Assembly: GCF_006345805.1 (NCBI RefSeq)
Contig: NC_043003.1
Location: 81,096,001-81,160,000 of the forward strand
DNA: 64,000 nt
Direction: 5' to 3'
DNA from: Octopus sinensis
Lineage: Eukaryota
Part shown: in pieces, positions 14,099 through 27,957 of the stretch
Layout of the letters: every line of letters starts with the position of its first letter
Numbering within the stretch: the first letter of the stretch is position 1
Notes under the pieces: generated by a model
Database searches by the model: none
What the model saw: only the letters and a program-made list of their open reading frames with translations
What the model was told of the DNA's origin: nothing
Program-made: the position numbers and the translations under genes

Positions 14099-14896
14099 TA
14101 TTTATAAAAGCTTATATATATATATATATATATATTATATATCCATCCACATATGTATGGCTGCAGCTTCAAGGCTGGAACATATAAAAGAATAGAAGAA
14201 TTAATACGTATTTATATGTATATATATGTATGTGTAAGTATTTTTGTGTTCGTGGGGTGTAATTTTATTATTGGAAATGCTGTTACTTTACCCAATTTCT
14301 TCACGAAACCATCCCCAATATCTGAATTCTCATTACATTCTACAACTGAAGTAATCTCCACGAAATAAATACACAAGTATAGATATGATTTATTTAAGTA
14401 CTTAATTTTTAAAAAAGGTTTTCCATCTCACCGTAATATCTCGTATTGTACCCTATACGGCATACGTGTGTATCGCCAAGCACTCTTTGAAAACATTGTA
14501 TTTATTAGGATGAAATCCTCGCTTTGTGAACCCTAGCTGCTAATATTTGCTGTCATTGTCTCATCACAGTTTATCTCTGATTTCACAGCTTAACGCTGAT
14601 CCGTAGCTTATCTCTGTATTATTCCGTTATCTCTGTATGATTCCGTTTCCTCGACTATGCCTTTAAAAGTAAAAAACAGTGAAATATAATTTGAACGAAG
14701 TTGATCGCTTGTTGTAATAAGCCAAACAAATGCCTACAATGTTTAAATACTACTTTCTCTTCTAATAGAATCCAAGTATTTATTGACGCTTTGTGAATGC
14801 TATTGAAATATAGTGGTTGATTCTAAACCGGTAAGATTGGTGGTAGATTGCATAGAATGTCGGAAAGAACGCTTCGCAATATTTAAACCAGGTTTT

Positions 14897-15100
14897 AAGG
14901 TGACAAGATGACAGAACTGTTAGCACGACGGGAAAAATGCTTAGCGGCATTTCGTCCGTCTTAATGATTTGAGTTCAAAATCCTCGGTGGTTGACTTTGT
15001 CTTTCATCTTTTAAGAATCGATAAAATAAATACCAGCTGAATATTGGGGTTCGATGTAATCGACTTATACCCTCCTACGAAATTACTGGCAAATTTTGAA
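14897..15100 (+). mobile_element. SINE family C, diverged
   Basis: GACAGAACTGTTAGCACGACGGGAAAAATGCTTAGCGGCATTTCG...GAGTTCAAAATCC...GATGTAATCGACTT. Confidence 0.75.
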
Positions 15101-15128
15101 GTTTAATATTTAAGCCATTTTCACATCT

Positions 15129-15581
15129 TCAAATACTTTGTTCGAATTCTGCAAAGAACATAAAATAAAGTACCAGTCCAACAATAGAACAAATGTAACC
15201 AAAGTTGCTAGCATGATCAGTAAATTCACTTCGAGACAATTCCTTCCACGTTTCATCCACCTGAACGAACATTTGGGAAGTAACCTCAACTTTAGCTTCG
15301 GGTTGGCTGATGCCTTTCGAAGGAAATTCAATCGATAGAAGTTTGCCGAAAGGAACATTATAATTATTGGGTGATAGATTAAATCCATTATTCATTTTAC
15401 TGCAAACACTTTGGATGACTTCATTGGAATTGAATTTACCACATTCAGACCAAGTCTCTAGACCAAGATTACTGTACCCTGTTCCTACTACTAGTCCAGG
15501 AGGCTCTAAAAAGTTTATAGTCACTACAGTTACTCTATGGATGTAACCATTAAAGCAATTAATAATATCATGAACGTTCCC
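15129..15581 (-). other. Unexplained 150-codon open frame in non-repetitive sequence (candidate exon or decayed element)
   Basis: Stop-free from 15581 to the stop at 15129-15131; ends in a hydrophobic stretch (FGYICSIVGLVLYFMFF). No family recognised. Confidence 0.25.
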
Positions 15582-16277
15582 TCAAATCTGTTTTGACCCT
15601 TGTAAGCTGTTTTTAGTGTTTCCTATTACGTATGATGATTGCAGATTATAATGTAAGCTTATGATAATGTATTATTGAGACTCTTTTGACATCCAACTGA
15701 AAATATCCTGCTTCTCGTCGTCATGTTAATGTCCAATGGAAGACAATGGATTGAGTTCATTTATATTCAATATTTTGTTCAATGTGTAGCATGTCTCTAT
15801 ATGTTTAGACTACTATCACCACCTCCAACACTAATATCACTACAACACAAAAGAAAGCCAAAACAAAAGAAAAAAGAAAGAGGATCTACAAAGTCGCTAG
15901 ACCTACAGTGAAAAATTAACCATTTTCGTTAAAATACACCCTGCCGTATCAAAAATCTATAGTGGATAACGACGCGTTGGTTGTACATAAGGAAATGTGA
16001 AGAACGTCACGATTAGAATGCTTTCGGTTATGTGTTTACTTGAGATTAAGCAATAACAATAAATATAATGACAGTTGTATAAATTGAGCCAATTGGGAAT
16101 TCTCTATATGCCCTACAAACCTGATAGAGATAGAAGTCAAATCTCATTGAAATCATACCCAACAACCTTGAAATGGGGCACATCAATAATGCATGTCGGG
16201 AGACAAACAAATCAGCCATGTTATGTCAAAATAAGTTATATGTATAGTTTCTTTCTATTATATTTCTGTCAAATATA

Positions 16278-16511
16278 TATTTCTTTACTACCCACAAGGG
16301 GCTAAACACAGAGGGGACAAACAAGGACAGACAAAGGGATTTAGTCGATTACATCGACCCCAGTGCGTAACTGGTACTTAATTTATCGACCCCGAAAGGA
16401 TGAAAGGCAAAGTCGACCTCGGCGGAATTTCAACTCAGAACGTAACGGCAGACGAAATACGGCTTCGCATTTCGCCCGGCACGCCAACGTTTCTGCGAGT
16501 TCGCCGCCTTT
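16278..16511 (-). mobile_element. SINE family C, tail subtype C2 (Tx1-like tail), full length with a 20-bp TSD
   Basis: Head AAGGCGGCGAACTCGCAGAAACG...GAGTTGAAATTCC; identical flanking repeat TTATATTTCTGTCAAATATA at 16258-16277 and 16512-16531. Confidence 0.92.
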
Positions 16512-17094
16512 TTATATTTCTGTCAAATATAACTATGCAATTATATAAACGCGTTCATTTTCTTCTTCAGTAGGCTGTAGAAAAATGTGATTTAAAATAC
16601 ACACGTATAATAAAGATCCGCAATTTACAATGCATTTCGGTAAAACTGAAACATGGAAAATGTTCACCAAAATCTCTCTGTGAGGTGATAGGTAACGACA
16701 AACTTAAGTTCGCAACAAATATGGATGTAAAAATATAACCAGAAAATTAGAGATAAGTGCTTTAAATACATGTCGAATGTCTCAAGAATATATTTCCGAA
16801 CAAAGAGAGGGCAAAATAAGGGTGGAGCAACTATATTTAATGCCGGGCGAAGAACACTCAAAGCTTGAACGTATTCAGATTGGATGAGTCAAATATGTTT
16901 TTACGCCAGGCAGGTCCATGTGCGCGGTGTGGAGACGAACAAAAGCATATCCACAAATCTACTGCTTTCGCAAGCAGACTTCAGAAGGAACCTGTTCAAA
17001 ATGAAACAGTTTACATATATTCGAGACTGGCGTAGGCTAAAACACGACTTGGCGATCATCATTTTCGCAATGTTTAAGATATATTATAATTCTA

Positions 17095-17303
17095 AAGGCG
17101 GAGAGCCGGCAGAATTATTAGCATGTTAGACAAAATGCTTAGTGGCGTATCATCTGTCTTTACGTTCTGAGTTCAAATTCCACCGAAATCTACCTTACCA
17201 TTGATGCTGTCAGGTTTGATATATACCAGTTGAGTACTTGAGTCGTTTTAATTCACTTTTACCCTACACTAAAACTGCCGTCTTTGTGCCAAATTTGAGA
17301 CCA
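17095..17303 (+). mobile_element. SINE family C, diverged
   Basis: AAGGCGGAGAGCCGGCAGAA head, GTTCTGAGTTCAAATTCC B-box, tail ...TTTGTGCCAAATTTGAGACC. Confidence 0.8.
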
Positions 17304-17859
17304 CTATATATCATAACGCACGTCTTTGTTATCTTCAGTATTCTTGGAGATGTGGCAAGGAAAAGATGCTTGGTAGTTTGAAAAATATTTATAGTTATAT
17401 AGCTCTATTTTCATGATTGTAATTTTAAATACTAGGATTGGAAACATATTGAATTTGAAAGACTACTCCAGAGAGATTTCTTTAAAAATATATATTTTTC
17501 AGCTTTGTTTACCATGTTGCACGTGTTTTGAATTAGGTTGGTGGAGTATAGCTAAACGAAAATATTGCAAATATATCTCCCCAACTGCGTCATGTTGATG
17601 AAATGAATAGATATGTGTCCAAATTTAAATTCCAGAAACATAATTACGTCTAAGGTAGAAGAAAAGACAGTATGTATTTTAAATGGATATGTATAGCGTG
17701 TTTGATTCTCAGTTCAAGCAGCTTAGCTAACACGCGTGAGGTGTGATAATGCTTGTGTCTGTGATTATATACATATACACATATACATGTAAAACATACA
17801 TATATGTATATATAAACATATATATATATACATATACATAAATGTATATATACAATGCT

Positions 17860-17903
<44 letters not shown>

Positions 17904-18080
17904 TATATACATAAATATATATATATATATATAGGTAAAAACTGTAGTTCAAATTCTTGGAGAGAAAACTGTAGTTCAATATATATATATATAGACGCGT
18001 ACATATATATTATACACATACCCACGCACAAACACACGCACATATGTATAGAGGGATAGATAAATATATTGATATATTAA

Positions 18081-18218
18081 TACATACATTCATACATACA
18101 TGCATACATACATACATACATGCATACATACATACATACATACATACATACATACATACATACATACATACATACATACATACATACATACATACATACA
18201 TACATACATACATACATA
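18081..18218. repeat. (CATA)n microsatellite
   Basis: Direct tandem units. Confidence 0.95.
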
Positions 18219-18638
18219 CGCGCACATATATTTACATATGTCTGTTTATAAACAGACGCACGTGTTTGAATATTTTTTAATGCTATTTAAAATGTAGCTA
18301 CTAATATCTAGCATGAATTTCGAAATAACAGCTCGGCTTTCAAGAAGGAAATGTCTTTGACCATTATTGTTATGCGACAAGAGAACAATTTTCCCATTTG
18401 CTTTCGAAAATACTCACTTATATATATTTATATATTGAATTTATATAGAATATTTCGTCGTAACATTTGTAAATTAAAGGGTGAAACGCATATGTAGAAA
18501 ATGAAAGGAAATTTTCATATGATGTGTATGGCAGAGAAAAGGGAAAATGCAAGCAAACGACGATATTAAAAGGCACACATATCTGCTTACGTGAAGTATC
18601 GAAAGTGATTGTATATCTTGGCAATATACATGTATAAC

Positions 18639-18855
18639 AAGGCGGCGAGCTGGCAGAAACCTCAGTACGCCGGGCGAAATGCTTAGCAGTATTTCATCTG
18701 TCTCTACGTTCTGAGTTCAAATTCCACCGCGGTTGACTTTGACCTTCATCCTTTCGGGGTCGATAAAGTAAGTACCAGTTGCGTACTGGACTCGATTAGA
18801 TCGACTGGCGCCCTCCCCTAAAATTTCGGGTCTTGTGTCTAGAGTAAAAAGAATA
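18639..18855 (+). mobile_element. SINE family C, tail subtype C1
   Basis: AAGGCGGCGAGCTGGCAGAAAC...GAGTTCAAATTCC...TTTCGGGGTCGATAAA...AATTTCGGGTCTTGTGTCTAGAGTAAAAAGAATA. Confidence 0.9.
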
Positions 18856-19258
18856 TATATATATATATACAGTGAGACGATACCAAGTCTGAAATAAATA
18901 TTGCTTTTCTTTTGTCTAAATCACGTATATATAAAATTGTTGATAATAATTTTTTTTTGTATGAATAAACGTGGGTATTTGTGTACAATTATCTTTGTTT
19001 GAGTTTATTTGTGATGTGACAAAAGTCATGCATCTGTTAAGAGATTTTTCTTTTTTGATAGTACACAGAAAAAAAAAACACTTCAATATATCCATATAAC
19101 AAATAATGGTAGGAATATGAATATTTTGAGGACAGACATATAACGACAGACAAACATTCAAGGATCACTCAATGTATCTAAGTAGGGCATAATAAATAAA
19201 TTTACAAAGAGTTAACACAGGTATCGAAGTGTCAGCTATGTTGGTCACCATTGCATGT

Positions 19259-19355
19259 GTATGTATGTATGTATGTATGTATGTATGTATGTATGTATGT
19301 ATGTATGTATGTATGTATGTATGTATGTATGTATGTGTGTATGTATGTATGTATG

Positions 19356-19404
<49 letters not shown>

Positions 19405-19445
19405 CTCTATCTATCTATCTCTCTATCTATCTATCTCTCTATCTC

Positions 19446-19493
<48 letters not shown>
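19259..19493. repeat. (TATG)n joined to (TATC)n compound microsatellite
   Basis: Direct tandem units. Confidence 0.95.
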
Positions 19494-19494
<1 letters not shown>

Positions 19495-19496
19495 TA

Positions 19497-19554
<58 letters not shown>

Positions 19555-19929
19555 GTATGTATGTATGTTACTATGTATATTATGCACATAGTACATAGAG
19601 ATAGATACACATGCAGAAATATATACGCGTGTGCATGTGTATATATATATACGTTTGTGTGTGTATGGATGTATATTATATATATATATATATATATATG
19701 GATCGAAACAGTTTACTGCAAATTCGTTGGTGATCCAAGTGATTCAAGTGTTTATATTTAATTACTATCACCACCACTAACACTACTACAACCAAAAAGT
19801 CGCTCGAACTACAGAGAAAAATTAGCCATTTTCGCTAAAACTCTCGGAGTCCCAGCAACTTTGAATATTCTTTGAATCCATACATGTAATTCCCCAAAAA
19901 TGTGTTGGGTGCAGTTTGTCCACACACCC

Positions 19930-19969
<40 letters not shown>

Positions 19970-19983
19970 GCAGACAAACGCAC

Positions 19984-20056
<73 letters not shown>

Positions 20057-21292
20057 TTACATGAAGGTGTTGCTAAGGAATATACAAGTTGAACTCTTAC
20101 AGTATATGTACCTAAATTTATGAATACATGCGTCTCGGTAGGGTTGCATGCATGCATGTATTTGAATACACATACACATTCACACATACGCACGCACACA
20201 CGCACACACACACAGAAATATTTATATAGATATACATATATACATACGAACATGTATATATTTACCTATTAAAGTCTAAAATTGAGATAGACATAGATAT
20301 ATACATACACAGACTCAGACATAGAGAAACACGTGAATAAATAGACAGACAGATAAATTGATTCATACATAAATACATTTAGATTTTAGATGTATCCATA
20401 TACATAGATACATACTTTATAAATTCATCTACACACATATATATATATACATATATTTATATGTATATATGTATATATTTTTATGTTTGCATGTATAAAT
20501 ATATATATATATATCGAAATAAATTTAACCAAATATATTTTGCTTTTTTGAGATTCTACAAAAAGTATTATTATAAGTGTACATAGGTGTGAGTTATGAG
20601 TAAAGAAATATATTAAATCAGAATTGTTGAACATAAGTAAATATGTATAAAGTAAAATTGAACACCTGCTTTTATAGGTAATGACACAAAAATTATTTAC
20701 ATAAAAGTACCATGTATAGTATCAAAATACCTGCACACAAGGATATATATATATATTTTTTTACTGACAGACATTCACACACTCACGTATATGTGTTTCC
20801 GTTAGTGTGCGTGCAAGAATGTATGTGAATATTTATGTAGGAAGATAGGAATGTATCTATAAATATCTGCCTCATACATATACAATTAGTGAATATCAGT
20901 TTTGTTATATTATAATACAGCACAAATGAATAGGAATTATATTAGCAATATATAATATTTATAAGTCTTAACCCTATATACAGATACGCACACACACTCA
21001 ACACTAAAAACACACATGCACACAAAGACAGACAGAAAGACACACACAACTCATACTCATATGTGTATATAAATATTTATACACATACACAAACACACAG
21101 ATATATATTTACACACATACATAAGGATGAATGGAGTCATTTTACTACTTCAGGTTATAGTTGCTATATATGAATAGATAGAGGAGCAAGTGTGTTTCCA
21201 TGTAATATATATATATTAATATATATATATATTATATATATATAATATATTTATACATCTATATATATGTAGGTGTGATCATGTGTGTGTAG

Positions 21293-21392
21293 NNNNNNNN
21301 NNNNNNNNNNNNNNNNNNNNNNNNNNNNNNNNNNNNNNNNNNNNNNNNNNNNNNNNNNNNNNNNNNNNNNNNNNNNNNNNNNNNNNNNNNNN
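21293..21392. other. Assembly gap (100 N)
   Basis: Run of exactly 100 N. Confidence 0.99.
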
Positions 21393-21423
<31 letters not shown>

Positions 21424-21434
21424 ATATGACCGCT

Positions 21435-21723
21435 ATCACCGTGACCGACCAGACTATCAGATGTTGAGATACATCGCTGGTCACAATACGCTTGGCATTG
21501 TTTTAGCCTTCAAATGACGCCAACCCGCTGACTAAGTGAGCAGGACAATAGAAGAAAGAGTGAGGGAAATTGTGGCAAAAGAGTACAACAGGGAGTGCCA
21601 CCACTCCCTGGTGGAACCTCGTGGAGCTTTTAGGTGTTTTCGCTCAATAAACACTCACAACGCCCAGTCTGGGAATCGAAACTGCGAGTCCGCTGCTCTA
21701 ACAACTGGGCCATTGCGCCTCCA
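21435..21723 (-). mobile_element. tRNA-headed SINE family B, tail type 2
   Basis: Colinear with 10341-10635, with a small deletion in the tRNA part. Confidence 0.88.
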
Positions 21724-22022
21724 TATATATATATATATTATATAGTGTATTAAACGTACATTGGTTTCATGTGCTGAAAAGATCTTAATATCTGAACAAT
21801 TTTTTTAACCGGTTGACATGGGGGAATGTTGTTCGATATTGTTAAGATATGAAGATATTTTCAAATCATATACGCAATATTAGCTTTGATATACAAATAA
21901 TGAATTTTTATCCACTAATGCAGTTTTGAGCACACGTTCTCATGCTACCTATTAGAAATAAATAGATAGATACATCGACTGAGTGACAAACAGACAGACA
22001 GAAAGACAGCCTGACAGATCGG

Positions 22023-22029
22023 TAGATAA

Positions 22030-22112
<83 letters not shown>
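22023..22112. repeat. (GATA)n microsatellite
   Basis: Direct tandem units. Confidence 0.95.
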
Positions 22113-22114
<2 letters not shown>

Positions 22115-22996
22115 GAAGCAGTGGGAAATGTAGGTATACCAACATACAGAGAAGCTGACAGTTATATGATACTGTCTGAACAAGGTGTCAAGTGAAACAT
22201 GAAATTTCAATCAACTCCAACTTTGCAAAAATTTGATTCTAGTCGCCATATTGTGTCATCATATCAAATAAAGATTCAGGTGATAAAGCAGCTTAAAAAA
22301 AAATGAAATACAATTTAGCATATACATTTTTGTTTGCGTATGCGAAACTTTGTGCATAGACATACATATATACAGAAACCAAGATGAGTAAGAAATAACG
22401 ATTATATTATGAACTCTATTACTTTACAGCTGCTTCTCCCATAAGATGCAGTCGACTCATAGTTGAGTACTTGAGTAACACCTTAAAGCTTCATCGGTGT
22501 CTCGAATATGAAGTGCATATATGTATGCGTGTATGTGTATGTATATCATTATTCAGTTTTATTTCAAGATTTCTATCTTAGATCCAAGGCTCCTTCATTG
22601 AAATTTCAACATCAGCAACAGGGTATGTTTGTACGTATATAAGTATATGCACAGATTTATATGTTTTACTTTATATATGAATTCTTATGCATGTCTAAAC
22701 ATGCGCATATATACTTAAATGATAAACTATTGGAAGGTCTTACAGATTGTTACAGTTCCAGTATTATGTATATGTGTATATATATATATATATGTATGTA
22801 TGAATGTATGTGTGTATACATGTATTTAAGTATGTATGTACGTATGCATGTATGTATTCTGAAATTTTACTTTCAGACCCATGAAAAATGCTCAAAATAT
22901 CAAACCCCTGTTATCAAACAGTAGTTGTATTTATAACATTAACTATAGAAGTTTACGCATTCGTTTTCCTTTGCTTTATCATATTTTTCCTGATAA

Positions 22997-23199
22997 TATT
23001 CTTTTCTACTCTAGGTACAAGGCCCGAAATTTTTTTGGGAGAGGGCCAGTCGATTAGAACTACCCCAGCACGCAACTGGTCTTTAATTTATCAACCCCAA
23101 AAGGATGAAAGACAAGGATGACCTCGGCGTAATTTGAACAGAGAACATAAAGACAGACGAAATGCTGCTAAGCATTTCACCCGGCGTGTTAACGTTTCT
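22997..23199 (-). mobile_element. SINE family C, subtype C1, missing the extreme 5' end
   Basis: ATATTCTTTTCTACTCTAGGTACAAGGCCCGAAATT is the reverse complement of the C1 tail; body colinear with the 18639 copy. Confidence 0.85.
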
Positions 23200-23432
23200 T
23201 ATTTCTTTATTTTCCCACAAGGGGATAAACATAGAGGGGACAAACAAGGACAGACTAAGGGATTAAGTCGATTACATCGACCCCAGTGCGTAACTGGTAC
23301 TTAATTTATCGACTCCGAAATGATGAAAGGCAAAGTCAACCTCAGCGGAATTTGAACCCAGAACGTAGCGACAGACGAAATGCCGCTAAGCATTTCGCCC
23401 GGTGTGCTAAGGTTTCTACCAGCTCACCGCCG
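23200..23432 (-). mobile_element. SINE family C, subtype C2 (Tx1-like tail)
   Basis: TATTTCTTTATTTTCCCACAAGGGGATAAACATAGAGGGGACAAACAAGGACAGAC; colinear with the 16278 copy. Confidence 0.88.
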
Positions 23433-23446
23433 TCTCTTCTGATACA

Positions 23447-23510
23447 TATTCTATTCTACATTAGGCACAAGGCCCAAAATTTTTGGAGAGGGGGCCAGTC
23501 GATCATATCG
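23447..23510 (-). mobile_element. SINE family C1, 3' tail fragment
   Basis: ATTCTATTCTACATTAGGCACAAGGCCCAAAATTTTTGGAGAGGGGGCCAGTCGAT. Confidence 0.7.
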
Positions 23511-23824
23511 ACTGAAATATGTTACTTAAGGATATATACTGTCGAAATTTCATTTACACTCATTCGTAACTGATGCAATTCAGTGTGTATGCGTGTATAT
23601 TCACATATGTCTCTGAGTGATGTGGCTTGCCCAAATATGGAGGTATAACGTTTATGCTTGTTTGTGTGGGATCCTTGAACTTTTGTTTGGCACGTTTTTT
23701 CATGTTATACTTTGAGAGAATATATATATTTTGGTGCATGCAAATTTATTCTGTATTGTTTTGCTCATATAATAAAAACACACATAAACATGCACACTTA
23801 TATATCACACACAAATGCACACCT

Positions 23825-23825
23825 G

Positions 23826-23902
<77 letters not shown>

Positions 23903-23905
23903 ATA

Positions 23906-23956
<51 letters not shown>

Positions 23957-23965
23957 ATATCTATC
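23825..23965. repeat. (TATC)n microsatellite
   Basis: Direct tandem units. Confidence 0.95.
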
Positions 23966-25540
23966 TGTCTGTCTGTCTGTCTGGCTGGCTGGCTGTCTTT
24001 CTGTCAGTCTGTGTATCTGTCAATCTACCTATTTATCTATCTATCTATCTATCAATCTATATAAATTTATATGTGTGTATATACATGCATACGCACAAAG
24101 CACTCACACGCACGCGCGCAGATATACACACGCACAGACATGCACACACACACACACACATATGACATGAACTGTTTTTCGAAATAAAATGATAGATAAA
24201 AACAATCCTGTAGAGATTGAGATTTAAAATATATATAGAGATTAGGTTATAATACTTTGAATAGGATTTAATTCTTATCAGTTTCTAGAACACAACAGTT
24301 AGTAAGGCATTTGAGGAATCCGAAGCAATAAATATCTCTTAACAGTAATAACTCTCTCTTAAATAACTGTTCATGTATATGAGTGTTTTTACCTGATCAT
24401 CATGAATCTAGAGGCCATTCATATGTTATTTCTCTGTCTGTACTGTTTTAATTACAAGGCAATATTACTATGTAAGCTATTCATACGAAGCACCATGTTC
24501 TTATTTACGAGCAGCTTTTGAGTCTTCATTTACAATAGAATTATGTTGTCATTATTTATACCTGACTTGTAAATATACAGTAATTTTATCTGTTAAATTT
24601 GTTGTTATTATCCTAAAAAGCCAGTCCTGAAAGTGTATCCATATGATCAGAAACTTTGAAGCTATGCCCATCATTCCGTTTCACATATCGAGGAATTTCA
24701 ACCGTGTTTCGTGGTCTGCTACCACAACAGCTCCTTTATAGGATCCAGTTAGTTCAAGACATCATCAGGAGGAACCACGACCGGTTTCGGTCCCTACTCC
24801 TCTACCATTTTGACGTGCCCCCCCCCCTTTCGGAGGTGTCTTCAGCTCTGGTGTTGGGTGCATGTCTTCTTTCTTCTTCTTTCTTCTGTTCACTGGCCTC
24901 TTCGATGTAGCGTCAATGAGTGTCAGCCGGCGACTGACTGACTTACTATATTGTTGAGTTAAAATAGTATGTGCGATTTGAGGTAAAGTTCGGTGCTATA
25001 TCGAGTAGATCAGGTGACAAAGTATGCTCAGGTTCCCTTGTTGATAAAATCAAATTTTGTTTATATTAGCAGAGCTGATGCGTAGCAGACACCGATCTAA
25101 CTTTAGCCGTTTAATATAACCTATGAAGATCAGTAGTCACCTGTACAGAAAGCAAACCTGGTCGTGTCTCCTTATTACTTCATGGTGAACATTTGCCAGA
25201 GCGATGTGGAAACACAGAAAACCACTGAATCAAGACCATGTACAGCCTGCTGCTCCATGTGTTTTCAGCAACAAATAACACTTCTAATGTGCTGCATAAC
25301 ACAAGATTGGAACGGACATTCACTTTTCTGATTTCCTACTTATTGACACTCATTTAGTAGAAGGTTCGATCTATATCAACATAGATTTTTTTTTCTTTGC
25401 AGCTACAATATACAAACTCTGCACCACTATACTTAAAATATAAGAATTTCTTATTAGCTTTTCTTTTCCGTTTCTTCAGAAGGCCTCCCATAACAGTTTC
25501 TCTTCTGACGCATATAAGCAGCTAAAATATCTATCCAAGC

Positions 25541-25553
25541 ATTATTATTATTA

Positions 25554-25604
<51 letters not shown>

Positions 25605-25630
25605 TATTATTATTATTATCATTATTATTA
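25541..25630. repeat. (ATT)n microsatellite
   Basis: Direct tandem units. Confidence 0.95.
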
Positions 25631-26486
25631 TATTTCTAAAATGCATATCTCTTGAACGTCAGATTCTAATCTTATCTGCCACATTTCAAAACACGTCTTT
25701 AGACTAGGTCTCCACATTTCAATATAATTTTGGAAAATTTTGGCACTTAATGTTCAATGAAACGCAAATTATTCCAAAACGTTATGTTTTACAGAACAGT
25801 AATGTTAACAGTCGAGAGAATTAGTTCACTGCTGATCATGATTTTTCTTTGAATTTTAAGATTTGTTAGAATTTATTTAGAACACTGTAGGTCAAAATTC
25901 TAGCCCTGGTTGCAGGGAACTGATTAGCATGTCAGCTAGATGGCTAATGTCACCAGCGATGCGTATATAAAAAGAATGTATTCGAGTGTGATAAATGTAC
26001 TGATGGCAAGAGAGAAGAGTGCCAACAATATTTGTGGTAGTGGACTTATCGTTCTCAGAAGATTTACATTCTCAGTTTCATTGACTTTCATGGTATACTT
26101 ATATATTCATGGAAACTTCATCGTTAACGATATTATTGCACCAGTTTATGGTGATAATTTTCTTCAACAGGAGATTCAATTTTCTTCTCAGCTCTACTAT
26201 TGCAATGGAAGCCAGATTTTCTTCACCAGTTGCTGCAACTGTAAACGTATATACTATTGTTGCACATAAATCATTGTGTTCATTACAACTTGCTTGTAGG
26301 ACGAGGCAAATGGCATTTCATCAAACGCACTACCAGAAGATGCTCAATTTATCGTCAGTTACACAATGCAACTTCCATAAAACATCTCAAATTGTGGTGA
26401 AGAATATTCTAAGCAAAACAAAGCTTTTGTGCAGGTAAAAGAAAATCAATTCATGATAGTCTAAATTGATTATGTCTAGTTGAATG

Positions 26487-26615
<129 letters not shown>

Positions 26616-27096
26616 TCTTTTTGTCTATCTGCCTCTCTGTCTCTCTGTCTATTTATCTATGTTTTTAGATCTAAACAAGTGTCTTCAACTATTTATATGT
26701 TTGTGTATGTGTATGTGTGTGCATGTGTGTATATATTTGTATGTATGTGCGTGGGTGTTTATGTGAGTGTGTGTATACAGGAAAATGTCTACAGTGTCTG
26801 TAAAAGTAGAAATGCAAAATAAAAAAATAAGAAAGGAGAAGACAACTTAAAAAAAAAAACATTTAAACGGCTGTAGCTAGACACATAACAAATTGTTACA
26901 CCCACATTCTCACGAGTATGTATGCACATGTACATATGCACATACATATGTATTTATGTATATATATATGTATGTATGTATATACAAATATATTTATATA
27001 TTTTTGTGTATTCATGCGTACATATCTATACATATATTTCTATAATTCTACGTATATAGACATATATATGTGTGTATATTTACCATATATATATAT

Positions 27097-27162
<66 letters not shown>

Positions 27163-27629
27163 TGTGTGTGTGTGTGTGTATGTATGAATATACTTATATA
27201 TGTTTGTGTATTCATGCATACATATCTATACATATATTGATATAATTTTGTATATATAAACATATATACGTGTATATTTACTATACATATAATTGTGTGT
27301 GTGTGTTTATGTGAGTATAAATATAAACATAGCTGGAAAACCTCGCTGCAAAGTTATCGTATTAATAACATAATAATTAATTATAAACTTGGCTGATAAT
27401 AGTGGTGTGTATGTATGTGATTGCATGATATATTTTGTCTTACCACTCACACATTCCACTCGCCTCTGTCTAATGAAGTCTGCAATTCCATTAGCCAACA
27501 CACACTACACACGCGCGTACACTCCTATGCACACACACACCCACGCATACATCTCACAATCATCCTCCTCCTCCTCATCATCATCACATTGACATAGACT
27601 CACATGGGTATATACCTATACCCACACAA

Positions 27630-27707
<78 letters not shown>

Positions 27708-27896
27708 CTTTTAGTAGACCACTCGTAATAAATAAATGCCAAGACTAGGCGAATAGTGTTGAGATTTGTGAAACCATATTCCATATATACACATAAAATA
27801 CAGACATATTATATGCTAAATTAGTAACACACACAAGACAAAAAAAAATATGAAGTTTACACACGAGATATAGCCTTCGGGATACACACAAATATA

Positions 27897-27957
<61 letters not shown>

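Noticed and set aside
26171-26434. Candidate 264-nt phase-symmetric exon (CAG|G...AG|GTAAAA) in an open frame
   Set aside because: The peptide has no recognisable features and no partner exon was found; indistinguishable from chance without RNA data.
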